Shown here in pieces: positions 25,922-38,206 of a DNA stretch of 64,000 bases (positions are counted from its first letter, which is position 1; the number at the start of each line of letters is the position of its first letter). The DNA is from Marsupella aquatica (lineage: Eukaryota > Plantae > Marchantiophyta). The translations under genes were made by a program, and so were the position numbers. The stretch is taken from the NCBI GenBank assembly GCA_973895155.1, contig OZ316893.1:16708645-16772644 (forward strand), given 5' to 3'. The notes below the pieces were generated by a model that did not search any database, was not told where the DNA came from, and saw only the letters and a program-made list of their open reading frames with translations.

Positions 25922-28462
25922 TGTCACGCGATTGACATGGGTCTTAACACCAAAAACGTCACTATGGGTGCCAAAACCATCTCCTTGTACTTGAGGATCA
26001 CGAAGGGATGTTGTGAAGGCCGGTAAACACCGATTTATGCCCTTAACACCAGACTATCATAGCAAGACTCTATCACACATCACCCAAGCTCAATCCCAAG
26101 GAACCAAGGTTGGGGATCAGATCTGCGCTCATGATAGTTCTGGTGAGAAGGGGTCTTCATATCGGGCCCGTACACACAGGGCCTAGCGCTACGGTGCGCA
26201 TAGGTCTATACGTATGCTTACTATCATAGGTATGTTTCTATTCTGCCGCCGGAATGTACCCATAAACCAGTGACTCCTGACTGATTCCCGGCTTAGGGAC
26301 TTCTAAGCCATTGCCCCACCACTCTGCCATTCCACTCTTAGCAATCAGAGCTATGACAATCCTCACCCAGCCCGCTTCAATGCACCCTGTACACCTCTCA
26401 GTGGCGCTGCTAGTCCCATCATACACTCAGATTGCCTCACACACACACACATCCATGAGAGAAATGAGGCCTGAGAGGAAAACTCAATTAGATTCAAAGA
26501 TGTGCACAATAGTTCACTGAGAACACTTGATCCGAACACTAGGGCCGAAGGCTGTCTCCTCCAGATTGTGACGTGCTTGCCCCGCAAGCCCCGTGCTTGC
26601 CATGCAAGCTCAATCCTGAACCTGAGCCCGGCTCACTCCAGATTGCGACGGCAGATTGGACTCGAACCAATCCCGTACTTGCCTTGCAAACTCAATCCTG
26701 AACTCAACCTCCTTCATTGCACTTCATTCTTGGGGACACGTACAGATCTCACACCTCCATTTCAGAATGTCAAGTTACGCATGCACAGTTGACTCGACTT
26801 CAAAGCTGGTACCAGGCCTAACGGCGATCTACCCCAGACTATAATGAGGCCCGGCCTCACGCTTGCCCTGCAAGCTCAGCCCTGGCCATAAATCCCTTAG
26901 TGCTCTCCACTAGACAAAGGCCGGGACTCCCCATGGATCACGTAGCCTTGCCAGACTAAACTGTAAATGCTCCTCCTGCTGCCCCTCAATCAGTATCTCA
27001 GCCTCCCTAATGTGCTCACCGCAAATCACATTGAAATCCTCCCCACAGTTTACACAATCACCAATACATCACCTATCACCAAGGCTCTGTATCGGGGGAA
27101 AAGAACCCAGTTGTGTTGCCTACTAGAAAGAGCCACAATCCAGCTTGCAAACCTGGCCAACTGTTGTTGTGAAGCATGGCTGATTACTCCCTAAGTAATA
27201 GCACAACCAAGCTCTCCCCAACACATAGCTTCCAAGCCCAACCTTCCTTGCACAGAGCTCCTCCCTGCTGCTCAATCTACGTGAGATCACACAACTGAAG
27301 TTCCCCCCTGCCTCTACCGGGGGGCTGCTCTATATACTTTCTCATTGAGCCCAAATGGGTGGATGCTACGCTGCTGGAGCCCCATCCCAGCCCTAACAGA
27401 GCCGCCACTATCTCTAACTATTGAACCCTAACTCGCAGCTTTATTTCTATCTCAAATTGGCTATGTACTTTGGATTTGGCCCTCCTCCATGGTTTTTGCG
27501 AGCTTGCGCCTCCTCTCCCGATTTCTCTATTCAACCATTTGCTACGTGGATAGCAACGTCCTCTTTCCAACGAGGTCAATTATAGCCAATTTGGTCAAAT
27601 ACACATAGAGTTATGCCCCCGCAACCGAGAGGGGGTACTCACTGCTGCGCTAACCCGAGTTACATAGCTAACCCGAGTTCGGCTAACCTAGCTATCCTAT
27701 CTAACCCGAGTAGAGCTAACCCGTGGTCTCGGGTTAGGCCGCTACCCGCTATCCGCTATCCGCTAACCTAGGCTAAGCTGAGCCCAAACCCGAGCTTACC
27801 TATGCTAACCTGAGCCCGAGTTTAGGCTAACCCGAGTTCAGTCTAACCCGGGATCAATCTAATCCGAACCCGGGTTAAGCCTAAGCTGAAGCTGTGCTGA
27901 CCTGAGCTAAGCTGAAGCCGTGCTTACCTGAGCTAAGCTGAAGCTATGCTGACCTGAGCTAAGCTGAAGCCGTTCTTACCTGAGCTAAGCTGAAGCTATG
28001 CTGACCTGAACTAAGCTGAAGCCGTGCTTACCTGAGCTAAGCTGAAGCCGTGCTTACCTGAGCTAAGCTGAAGCCGTGCTCACATAAGCTAAGTCGTGGT
28101 CGAGCTTGGGTTAACCCGAAACTGAAGCCGAATCCGCTAATTCCGGCCACAAGTTAACCCGTCACACTAATCAGGCCGTATCTTCCTTAATACACCTTCG
28201 TTTCTCGAGTGTTTTATATCGATTTTACTCGCCTTGACCAGATCTTTCCAATGCTCTTTACAGATCCGGATTTGGTGACATATTGAAAGAGATATGGTCA
28301 CCGACCACCCTCGACATAGCTTTTATTTCCTTACTCTTAACGCCATGATTGCCCTTATTCTTGCCATCTTGCTAATTGTTATGCAATATCAATAGCTACT
28401 CCTTGCATACAGCAGCCTACTTAATCAGATCATAGAATAAGGACCATGTCATCGGTGTCACA
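25922..28462 (-). mobile_element. 2541-bp non-coding solo LTR 'S2' inserted in the copia 3' LTR
   Basis: TGTCAC...TCACA termini; TSD ctaat at 25917-25921 and 28463-28467; orientation inferred from a TATA-like tatatag and a motif shared with LTR C2. Confidence 0.9.
27880..28095. repeat. 26-bp tandem repeat (~8 copies) preceded by degenerate gctaacccgag motifs
   Basis: Unit cctgagctaagctgaagccgtgctta seen directly. Confidence 0.9.
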
Positions 28463-29503
28463 CTAATGATCATAATCTTGGATACACTTGTGGGGTTATA
28501 GGGAGGTGGTTATAACCACTCCTTAACCCATCTACCTAGGGTTAAATCAAGGGTTAACTTTAACTTATAACACTCCCCCTTGGTTGATTTCAGTATAGCT
28601 AAAAATCAACCACACCAAGGGAAAGTTTAACCCGTATTGGTACCCATTTATTTGTGGTTTGGTCTCATCAAAACCCTTCTTCTTACTATAAGGGAAAGAG
28701 TGCCACAACCATTACATGATATGGGGCCAAATATTTCTAAATGTCAGATATGTTATTCTAATGCGAACTGCACTAGTCTAGACTGAGTAATTTAAAGTTA
28801 TTCAAAGTTGAATTTGAAGTCTATAAACGAACAGTTTTGTACTGCTAAGTATCGTTTAATGTGGGCTTACACTTCGTGTGTATGTGTGTAAGGTTGTTTT
28901 TTTTTTGGGGGGGGGGGGTTTGTAAAGTGTCGAGTCTGGCCAAAGGTCGCAGCGTGTTTCTCCCAACAGAGTGCTTCTTGGGTGGCAGGATCGATCGGGT
29001 GGGGCTCCGTTTCATCTTTGCTGCATTGCCGTCTTGCATCGTTCGCTGCACTGCACCACTGCTTCGCATCGGGCCTCAACATCCTCGTCTTTCGCTATGG
29101 TTCTTCTATCATTCTTGTAAGTACTGGTTCTCTTTCCTCTCGCTTTTCACATAAGTCGGCTGCTACAGCTCTGCTTAGTCGGTCCCACAGAAGACGGTGA
29201 ATCTGGACCAACTTAAATCTGAGGATTGTGTCGAGTAGCCCAGTGAGATTCAAGATTTTGAGATCAAGAATGTATCCTCTTTTCCTCCCTTTCCCTCCGA
29301 TTCATTTCGCATTGTTAATTCCTTGTCTTTGATTCTGTAGTTGACTGGAGGAGGTACGGGAGTCATTTCAAGCCGCAGGGTGATTGTTGTTGGTTGACAT
29401 TGGTTCTACTGTGCCAAGGGTTCGCGATGGTGCGCTTTTCTGGAGGGCTCTGCATATTTTTGATAAGTACTTTTGTCTCCTCCTTTGCTGGTTATGCTGA
29501 TTC

Positions 29504-32500
29504 TTATCGTAAGAAATCTCTCAACTGGCGCATTCCTATTCCCAATGAGTGTTCTTTATGAAGTGCAGGGGGTAAGGGTTTCGTGAATATATCAGCTATG
29601 TTTTCCTTCGTTGATATCCACTAAACCTGGATCTTGTCTCCATGTTGCTCATGTGTGTAGAATAGCTTCGGTGCTATGTGCTTTATCCTGTCTCCCTTGA
29701 TAAAGCCTTGTGTGATTTGGTCCACACAGGGTCTGTTGTCTTCATAAAGAATAGTAGGCTTGTCCAGCAACGGTTTACCTGTGCTCTGGTTGATGTGGTC
29801 AATTAAACTTTGGAGCCATACACATTCTCTTGTTGCTTCATATAATGCGATGATTTCAGCATGGTTAGACGATGTAACTGTTAATGATTGTTTCGTGCTC
29901 TTCCAGGAAATCGCTGTGGTTCCTTGCAGGAAAACGTATCCCGTCTGGGACTTCGCATCATCTGGGTCGGACAAGTAGCCGGCGTCTGCATATTCTATGA
30001 GGGTCAGGTTTGCATTCTTGGGGAAGAATAGTCCCATATCCGCAGTCCCCTGTAAGTACCTGAATACTCGTTTTATTCCATTCCAGTGCCTAATTGTTGG
30101 CTGTGATCCGTGTCGTGCAAGGAGGCTTACCGCAAAGCTTATGTCGGGTCTTGTTTGGTTTGCCAGGTACAGTAATGCTCCAATCGCTGAAAGGTAGGGC
30201 TTCTCAGGTCCCAGTACCTGCTCATGTTCTTGGCATTTCTTGAACATGTCCTTTGCTGGATCAAGTGAACGCAGGTCCATTGGAGTGCTCACAAGATGGG
30301 AATTCTGCATGTTGAATTGCTTGAGAATTTTCTTTGTGTAAGTAGACTAATTAATAAGAATGCCTTTATCAAGGTGATTGAACTGAATGCCTAAGCAGTA
30401 GCTCGGTATTCCAATATCTTTCATTTCAAATACTCTTTTAAGTGTTGAGATTGTCTGTTCTGTTAACTGCTTTGTGCCGAAGATATTAATATCATCTACG
30501 TAAATTGCAAGTATTACAAACTCTGTGCCAAGCTTCTTAAGGAACAAGCAAGGCGCAATTTCTGCATTTGTAAATTGTAAAGCTAGCATTTCATCACGAA
30601 AGCGTTTGTACCAGATGCGGCCGCTCTATTTCAAGCCGTTTATGGATCTCATTACCTGTACTACATATGCTGGCTACTTTCTGTGTTTATTCAACTGTTT
30701 GGGTGGAGGAAGTCCATGCTCTTTTGGGGATGAATCTCCCTGGTTGTTTTGGTACCATTTTAAGGTCTCAGTAGGAGTAGCCTTTTCTTTTAACTCAGCA
30801 GTAGGCTGGTTTGCTTTAAGATGTATCCCATGGGTATTGCGGACTGTAGGTCCGTTTTTACATTTTTCAGTAATTTGCTTAATCCCTGATTGTAGATCTG
30901 GGTGTAAGCTGTTTTTCTCCCCCTGAATATGGAACTGTACTCTTGCGATTAGTTTAGGGGGTGCCTACATATATATTTGAGTGTCCATAATGCCATACAA
31001 GTATGTCGTCACTACGTCCATCAAGTGCATTACAAGGTTATAAGTCAATGCAAATGCAATAATGTAGCGGTATGTTATGGAGTCCATGACAGGCGAATAA
31101 GTCAAGTCGTAGTATCTGCCATAAATCTGTGTATATCCTTTGGCCACCAATCGAGCTTTGTATCGGATGACCTCTCCTTTGGCATTCCTTTTTTGTACAA
31201 AGATGAATTTGTATCCCGTTAAGCTCATGTCAGGTGGGGCCTTCGATATTGGGCCAAAAATGTGTCGTTTGATTAATGAGTCTAGCTCCGAGTTGATTGC
31301 TTCCTGCCATAGTGGCCAGTCGTCTTGGTTCTGTGCCTCCTGGATAGTTAGTGGATCTGGGGTTTTGTTAGTAATTTCTTGTGCGATTAATGAGATAAAT
31401 TGGTCATCGACTCTGGTGTGTGCTCGCTGCCACACTTTTCCAGTATGCATATACTGGATGGAGATCTCCTCATTATCCTATGATAGGTTTGTCTTTGGTC
31501 CTTCGTTATTCCTATTTTCATTCTGTATCCCAATGTTGGGGTTTGTATTCTTCTTTTGCCTGGGTCTTATATCTTTGGATCCGAGGGGGCGGCCCCTTTT
31601 AGCTCTAGGTGGGGCCTCTGTTGCTTTGGTTTGCTACGGTTGAATTTGTGTAGGTACATTCGCACCTTCGATGTGGGAACGAGTTACAGCAGCAGCGTCG
31701 TTGAATGCATCTGGTAAAGTATTCAGCATTTGGTTTAAATGTAAAACACGTCTTACCTCTTCATCTGCTTGCCTCGTCCTTGGGTTGTTAAGCAGTAAGT
31801 CTTTTGTTTCCCATTGTAACTGTGAGACTCTTACTGAGTCTTCTTGCTTGCCAGATGTGAGGTGTGGATAGATGTTTTCAAAGAAGTGGCAATCCTGGAA
31901 TCTCGCTTTATAAACATCTCCCGTTGTCGGTTCTAAGAACCTTATAATAGATGGGGAGTCGAAGCCTACATAAATCCCTATTTGGCATTGGGGACCCATC
32001 TTGGTTCGTTTAGGGCCTAGGATGGGTACTAAGACTTGGCATCCGAATGTTTTTAGGTGGGATAGATCTGGCAATAATCCATATGCAAGGTGATGGGGAG
32101 AGAGGGAGTTAAAGGATGAGGGCCTATATTGTAGGAGGGATGCTGCATGGAGGATGGCATGTCCCCATGCCGTCGCTGGTAATTTAGTTTGCATTAACAT
32201 TGGGCGTGCGATAAGTTGTAATCGTTTGATGACAGACTCTGCCATTCCATTTTGTGAATGGACATATGGGACAGGGTACTGAGCTTCTATCCCAGCTGTG
32301 ATACAGAAGTCATTGAATGTATTAGAGGTAAATTCTCCTGCTCCGTCTACTCGCAGTATGCGGATGGGATTTTCCGGGAACTGAGTCCTCAACTTCAGTA
32401 TATTTACAAGGATTCGTGAAAATAGTAGGTTTCTTGTGGATAGCAGCGACACTTGTGACCATTTAGATGATGAGTCAATCATAACTAGAAAAAATCTAAA

Positions 32501-34204
32501 TGGGCCACTAGGTGGTTCAATGGGGCCGCAGACATCAGCATTCAGGTGTTCTAAAAATTTGGGGATTGCATAGACTGTCTTTGTGATTGTTGGGCGTGTG
32601 ATAAGCTTACCTTGTGAGCATGCAATGCAGGGTTGTTGTTGTGCAGGTGTTTTTGCTACTGGTGGGATTCCCACTGAATCTTTTATAATTTTCTGGTACA
32701 TTGTCGTACCTGGGTGTCCCAGCCGGTTATGCCAAGTGATGAATATACTTTGTTTGCTAGGTTCAGTACAATGTGATTGTATTCTGGTGACATATAATCT
32801 TGGTGGTTCGGCTGAGAATGTTTCTTGGATCTGTAATCCTGTGTCGGTTTTCTTTGTGATACGGAGGACTTCTCTCTTATTGTGTATGCTTGTATGAATG
32901 TGAAAGTTATTTGCCCTGATGTCATGGAAACTGATCAGGTTTCTGGTGGCTGTAGGTGCATAGATTGCTGATTCAATATGGAGGACTATCCCTCTTGGGA
33001 ATATGACAGTAGCTGGTCCGTGGCCATGTTCTATCTGTTTCTGGCCAGAGATTGTGGTGATAGTTCGGGATGATGGTGTGATGTTTTTGAAATGTTTTCT
33101 TTCTTTTAAAATGGTATGTGAGGTGCCGCTGTCTAGTATACAAATGGTTGGGTCTTTTGGGTAGGTTGTACTGTTGCCATAGGTAGTGGTGTGTGCTTCA
33201 GGTGAAGGAGGGTCTGTCACATATTGTGTTAGGTCTTGTGGTAATTCGAGAAAATTTCCCTGGGGTTCTCTCTGGGAATTGTTGATACTATTCTGATAAA
33301 GTCTGACCAGGTGGGAGGGGGCCCTACAATCTGTTTTGGCATGTCCAAGTGTACCACATCGAAAACATTTGGTGGAGTTGTTTCGTTTATCTGATATGCT
33401 GTTGTAGTTGGTTCTTCCGCGCCCTCTGCCTCTGTCATTTCCTCAATTCTGCCATTGTTGCCGGTTGTTTGCAGGATCATACATGCGTCCTCCACCCCTT
33501 CCTCTTTGGGATTGGGTTCTGCCTCTTCCTGCAAAACGTCCACCTCTCCCCCTGAAAGTACCCCTCCCCCTGAATCCTCTTTGATTTTGACTATTATATT
33601 GTGATTCAGGTTTTGGTATAGGTGGGAGGGTACATGGGGGTCTTGTCTTTGAATTTTCGAGGAGTAGTATTTGGTGCTTTTCGGCTAATAGCATATGTGC
33701 GATTAGTTGAGAGTATCTTTCAAATGCCATGTTCCGGTATTGCGCAGCTAATACCAGATTTGCTGCATGGAATGTTGACAGGGTTTTCTCGATCTGCTCC
33801 GCATCATCTACCGGTTGCCCGCAGACCGCGAGTTGTGCTACTATTCGAAACAGTTCGCTGTTATAGTCGGCAACGGTCTTGTGGTCTTGGACCCTCAAAT
33901 TTATCCAATCATGTCTTGCAGCTGGTAGAGAGATTAGCCGCATATGATCAAATCAAAGTTGCAATGATTCCCATAACACTCTTGGATTATATTCATTTAA
34001 GTATTGTGTTTTCAAGGCATCTGCTAAGTGATGCCTGATAAAAACGAGTGTCTTTGCTTTCTCTTGAAGTGTGGGCCCATTATCAGTAGTTATAGATTCT
34101 TGTAGCGTTTTAGCGGATAAATGTGCCTCCATGTCTATAGACCATGTTAAATAATTCGATCCGTTAATAGCTAATGCTCGGAAGCTAAGTTTTTCTAGAG
34201 CCAT
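29504..34204 (-). pseudogene. copia gag-pol (gag, protease, integrase, RT, RNase H) with several stops
   Basis: ILDSGTSHT, WHNRLGHPG, ADVCGP, QNGMAE, RYKARLVAKG, IYVDD, YADAGYLSDP, KHIAPKLF. Confidence 0.95.
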
Positions 34205-35993
34205 TTTGTTCTATTAATGTAGAATAAGACTTATCCTTTTCTTATGTTGATATTGCAATTCCGATTAACAATTCCGATCAGCAATCATGGATGGATCAAT
34301 TGAAGTTATTGGCCTGTGATTGAGTTGTTTGTATGCTCAATTGTAAGTCAAACTTCCCTTTGTAGGCCAGATCCAAATTTGAAAGGTCTTGCTCAAAATG
34401 TTGTCTTTCCCAATTTCTTCCCGGTTCAATTTGAGAGTATCCAGAGGTACAGTCTTCAATAATCTGTGCGTTGTGTTTGTTGCTTTCGGGCGATTCCAAT
34501 CTCCTTTATTGAATTTGAATGTGGAATCAACTTCGGGAAATCCATCCAATTTCAATTTGTCCTGGTTTCAATTTCATTCTGATTTTGGGAAATCATATGC
34601 TGGATCTGTAAGGGTAGTGTATTGGGAGAAAGTATGATGGGAATTTTCTATTCCCTCGCTTGGCCTACATTCATTGCTCAAAATGAGACGCGTTGATAAC
34701 GTGTTACAAGGAGGACACCATAGGCAAGAGTTGCTCCAACCTCCAACTTCACTAATGATCATAATCTTGGATACACTTGTGGGGTTATAGGGAGGTGGTT
34801 ATAACCACTCCTTAACCCATCTACCTAGGGTTAAATCAAGGGTTAACTTTAACTTATAACACTCTAGAGCTTTAAAAGTCATGAAACCTTTTTAGGATGT
34901 AGTCTGTACTTAGGAAAGCCTTCTGGCAAAATTGGAGGCTTTTCTGAGCTACGAGTAGGAAGTTAAAAATAGTTGAATTTGCCAAGTTTTTACTTTTGTT
35001 GCAATTACGAGTTACGACTTAGTTAGACTTTTAAGAGTTTAAGAGTTTACTAGTTCACAGCTTTTACTAGTTTACGAGTTTACACTTAGCCAGATTTCTG
35101 GCTTTTCACTTACTGAATCGCCATTTTAACTTTTTGAGAGTTATGAAGAGGCATGTCTCTTCGACCCTGTGACCTCTTACTCGGTAGATTTTTACTATAA
35201 GATAGCTCTACCACTAGTGTAGTTGATGGTTAAGTTGTGCATTTTTGCCTCTCCCTCTTGTTAAGTCTATTGATTCTAAACCTATGAGTTCTAAATCAGG
35301 CTTAATAACAGGAGAGACTTACCTCCTTCTTGTGTTTCTACACTTATCATAAACACGGGAAGTAAAATTGCATTTGTAAGAAATCTTTGGATCTTGTGAT
35401 GACAGATTCCTCCTTGGTGACTCATTACAAATTCCTAAGTTCTTAAAGTTAACTCATTGAGTTTATGTCTTAATGAATTTGATGGATTTTCTTTCATGAT
35501 ACTTAGTACCATCTAAATGTTGAAGTAGCTACCTTTTAGATTTTATTTGAGTACCACTTAGAAAGAAAGGATAAGACATGTTGACGGCATTTTAAAAGGT
35601 ACTCTAGTAAGCAGTTTAGATCTGAAAAGCAAACGTGGATTTGAATCCTTACGTCTTTTCATTTTGACTAATGTCTAAGGAGCAACCTTGGTCAATTCCA
35701 GACTCCCTTAGCATACTTTAAGATATTTTCCAAGTGTTTTGTTAATCATTCCCTTTTCATTAATTTATGGTTATACAATGCTGAGTTACCATTAAAAACT
35801 ACTCACCGCTGTGGAGCGATCTTCAAAATACCTTAGTAAAGTAATCAAACTTGATTACTATGTGTGGAAAACATTTTAAGTCTATTATTGTTGTTTAAAT
35901 CTATCAAACCAACCCCATGTCGTTCTTTACGGGAACGAATACCGAGTTGGAAGACCATAAAGTGTGCTTTTCGGTTTTCCCTGGCAAACTACA

Positions 35994-37890
35994 CGAGTAA
36001 TAACTTTGCACATGGCGAAGGACCGATTGCTTCATGTCCGGCCAATACACATCTTGCGACATGATGCGATACGTAGAAGCTTGTCCGCCATGCCCTCCCT
36101 AGGGCGAGTCATGGTATTTTGCAGAACCTCTAATCTTAGGGACTCTGTGATGTACACACGCCTCTGCTTGTATCGCCAAACTTGGACATTATGCGCAGTA
36201 TTCAACCCCAACGAAACGTGCCTTACCTTGCCTTGGCTACCCCCATTGCTTTGCCATTCCTTAGCTAACCTATCATCCCATACGCCTTGACCAGAACCTT
36301 TGGCCACTAGGATTCAAGCATCATGATCCCATTGACACGATGATGGTCCTTACGCGATAACGCATCAGCTGCCGTGTTTGTCTTCCCCGGAACGTGACAG
36401 ACTTTGAAATCAAAATCCGCCAAGAACATCTGCCATTGCATTTCCTTGGGGTTCAGCCTTGGCTTAGAGCTGAAGTACTCGGCCAGCAAGTTGTCTGTGT
36501 GTATTACCACCTTGGGACCGTTCTTAAGGTAAATCTCCCACTTCTTCAATGCATAGATCACAACATACATTTCCCTTTCCGGTGTGATCCAATGATTTTC
36601 CAACTTACATGACTCAAAGGCCAAAGGACGCCCATCTTGGTGAAAATTTAGGGTAAATGGCATAATCATTTGTGTTTGTCCAAATCTTGAACGGCTTCCC
36701 CATCTCAGGTAACTTTCCTGGGATTTTTTTAAATTTCATTAATTGGGCCGCGAAAAGCCCCACGGCAAGGGCAGGCAATCAGCCAAAAAGAGCAGAAGCA
36801 GCGGCAGGCAGACAACAGCCATACATCGCAGGGCCAAACATGTCTCATCGGCCCTTAGGGGCCGCACCCCAAGGGCCAGCCATGAAGTCCAAGGAGGCCA
36901 CTCCCAGACCAGTAGAACAGAAATACAACAGAGACCGACATATCAAAAATACAATAGAGACCAGAGGGTCGACAACAAATCTTAATGGCTAGAGAGGCGG
37001 CCACAACCCCGCCTGAGCCAATCCCTACGCTGAACATCAAGCCATGCTTTGGCATTAAGGAGGCGAGAGAGTTTCCTGCTAGGAGGAGACCGGCGACTCA
37101 CAGCATATAGGTGATTAGCAGTCTCAGAAAGGACAAGTCCAAGATCAAATACCCTACGACCCCCTGCCTAGAACACATGCTTATTTCGTGCCAACCAAAG
37201 AGCCCATAAGACCTGGTAGAGAACAAACAACTTGGCAACCTGTATGTAGTCTTTCCCGAATGAAGCATCAAGCAGAGACATCAGCCCATGGCCAATTGGC
37301 AAACCTAAAACTTGCAAGAAGAGTCCGCACAGCCTCCAACACCGGTCTGCAAAGTCACAAAGAAAGAAGAGGTGCGGAATTGTCTCCTGGACACCGTTGC
37401 AGAGCTTACAGTCACCGTTGCTCACCTCCATGGAGAGTGCTCTCGCTCCAGTGAAGAGACCACCTGCAATAATCCGCCAAATGAAGGTCTTCCCACGGGT
37501 TGACAGATCAGAGCCCCAGAGCTTGGTCCAGCCCACGCTCCATGTGCTCTCAGAGCGATGAATAGACCAAGTGTGGTTAAGCCGACCACAAATGGAGGAT
37601 TTGGGCCTCAGAAATTGGTATGCCCTACAATTTTCAATTTTCAAGTCCTTCAGCACTTGTGCTTTGTCAGCCCACAGCCATTGTTTGGAATAGAGAAAGT
37701 TGTCAAAGCGGCAGTATGGCGAGCTCCATAGGAGTTCCAGGAAGTCCTTTGCCAACTTCCTATGCTCCACTATGAACATCTCAGGTAACTTTAGAACCGA
37801 CGGTGTTATCATTAGCCGCTTAAGTTCTAGGAATGCTAACTTGCAATCTTGTGTCCACACAAACACTTTGTTTTTCAACGTTAGGGTGTT
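35994..37890 (-). pseudogene. chromovirus RT-RH linker, RNase H and integrase N-terminus (same element as 21740-22921), interrupted by a LINE
   Basis: VFVWTQDCKLAFLELK..VLKLPE (37880-37780); QDGRPLAFES, HTDN, PGKTNTAADALSR (36307-36669). Confidence 0.9.
36717..37776 (-). mobile_element. 5'-truncated L1 LINE 3' end (zf-RVT)
   Basis: 16-bp TSD catctcaggtaacttt at 36701-36716 and 37777-37792; KTFIWRI...CKLC..ETIPHLFFLC; A-rich tail. Confidence 0.92.
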
Positions 37891-38206
37891 CAGGTCTTTC
37901 CCTCTCCTCATCATGACTGGGAACCTTGGGCCCTTGTCCCTTGGGTTCCGGACTTGAGGCTCCCACGTACATCCGCACCCCTGGCTCATTTTCCAACCTA
38001 GTTCCCTAGCCTTTGCAGCCCCAGCAAAGGGATCTGCTCTTGTGGGTCTTGCGGTGCCTCCCTCCCCAACAATGCCGTGTACAAGTGCCTGTGCCGCAAT
38101 TGCCGGCTTCTCCTTTTGCAGCATCTGAAAGAGGCTCTGCATAGCTGGTTGCTGCATCGGCATGGATTCCAGCGTCCGCCTAAAGATTTGCACTATCATG
38201 GGGCTG

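Larger units (their letters stand above)
25867..34861 (-). mobile_element. full-length Ty1/copia element, Bianca lineage
   Basis: TSD ctcta (25862-25866, 34862-34866); 160-bp LTRs at 34702-34861 and 25867-25921+28468-28572; PBS CGTTATCAACGCG; PPT CAAGGGGGAG; Bianca-type gag LSFRALAINGSNYLTW. Confidence 0.95.
22922..35993 (+). mobile_element. giant coding solo LTR 'S1' (~4.07 kb after removing the nested copia), inserted in the chromovirus integrase Zn finger
   Basis: TGTA...TACA termini; TSD cgagt at 22917-22921 and 35994-35998; removal restores VQSYYSCQKNR; no internal direct terminal repeat and no gag/pol; tttacgagtttactagtt motifs in both halves. Confidence 0.85.

Noticed and set aside
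27880-28095. CRISPR-like periodicity (also 10933-11175 and 58890-59107)
   Set aside because: Head-to-tail repeats with no unique spacers; eukaryotic LTR context; no cas genes.
37168-38199. 343-aa ORF
   Set aside because: Chance in-frame chimera of the LTR C1 ORF, chromovirus pol linker and LINE zf-RVT; the junctions match a TSD and a deletion breakpoint.
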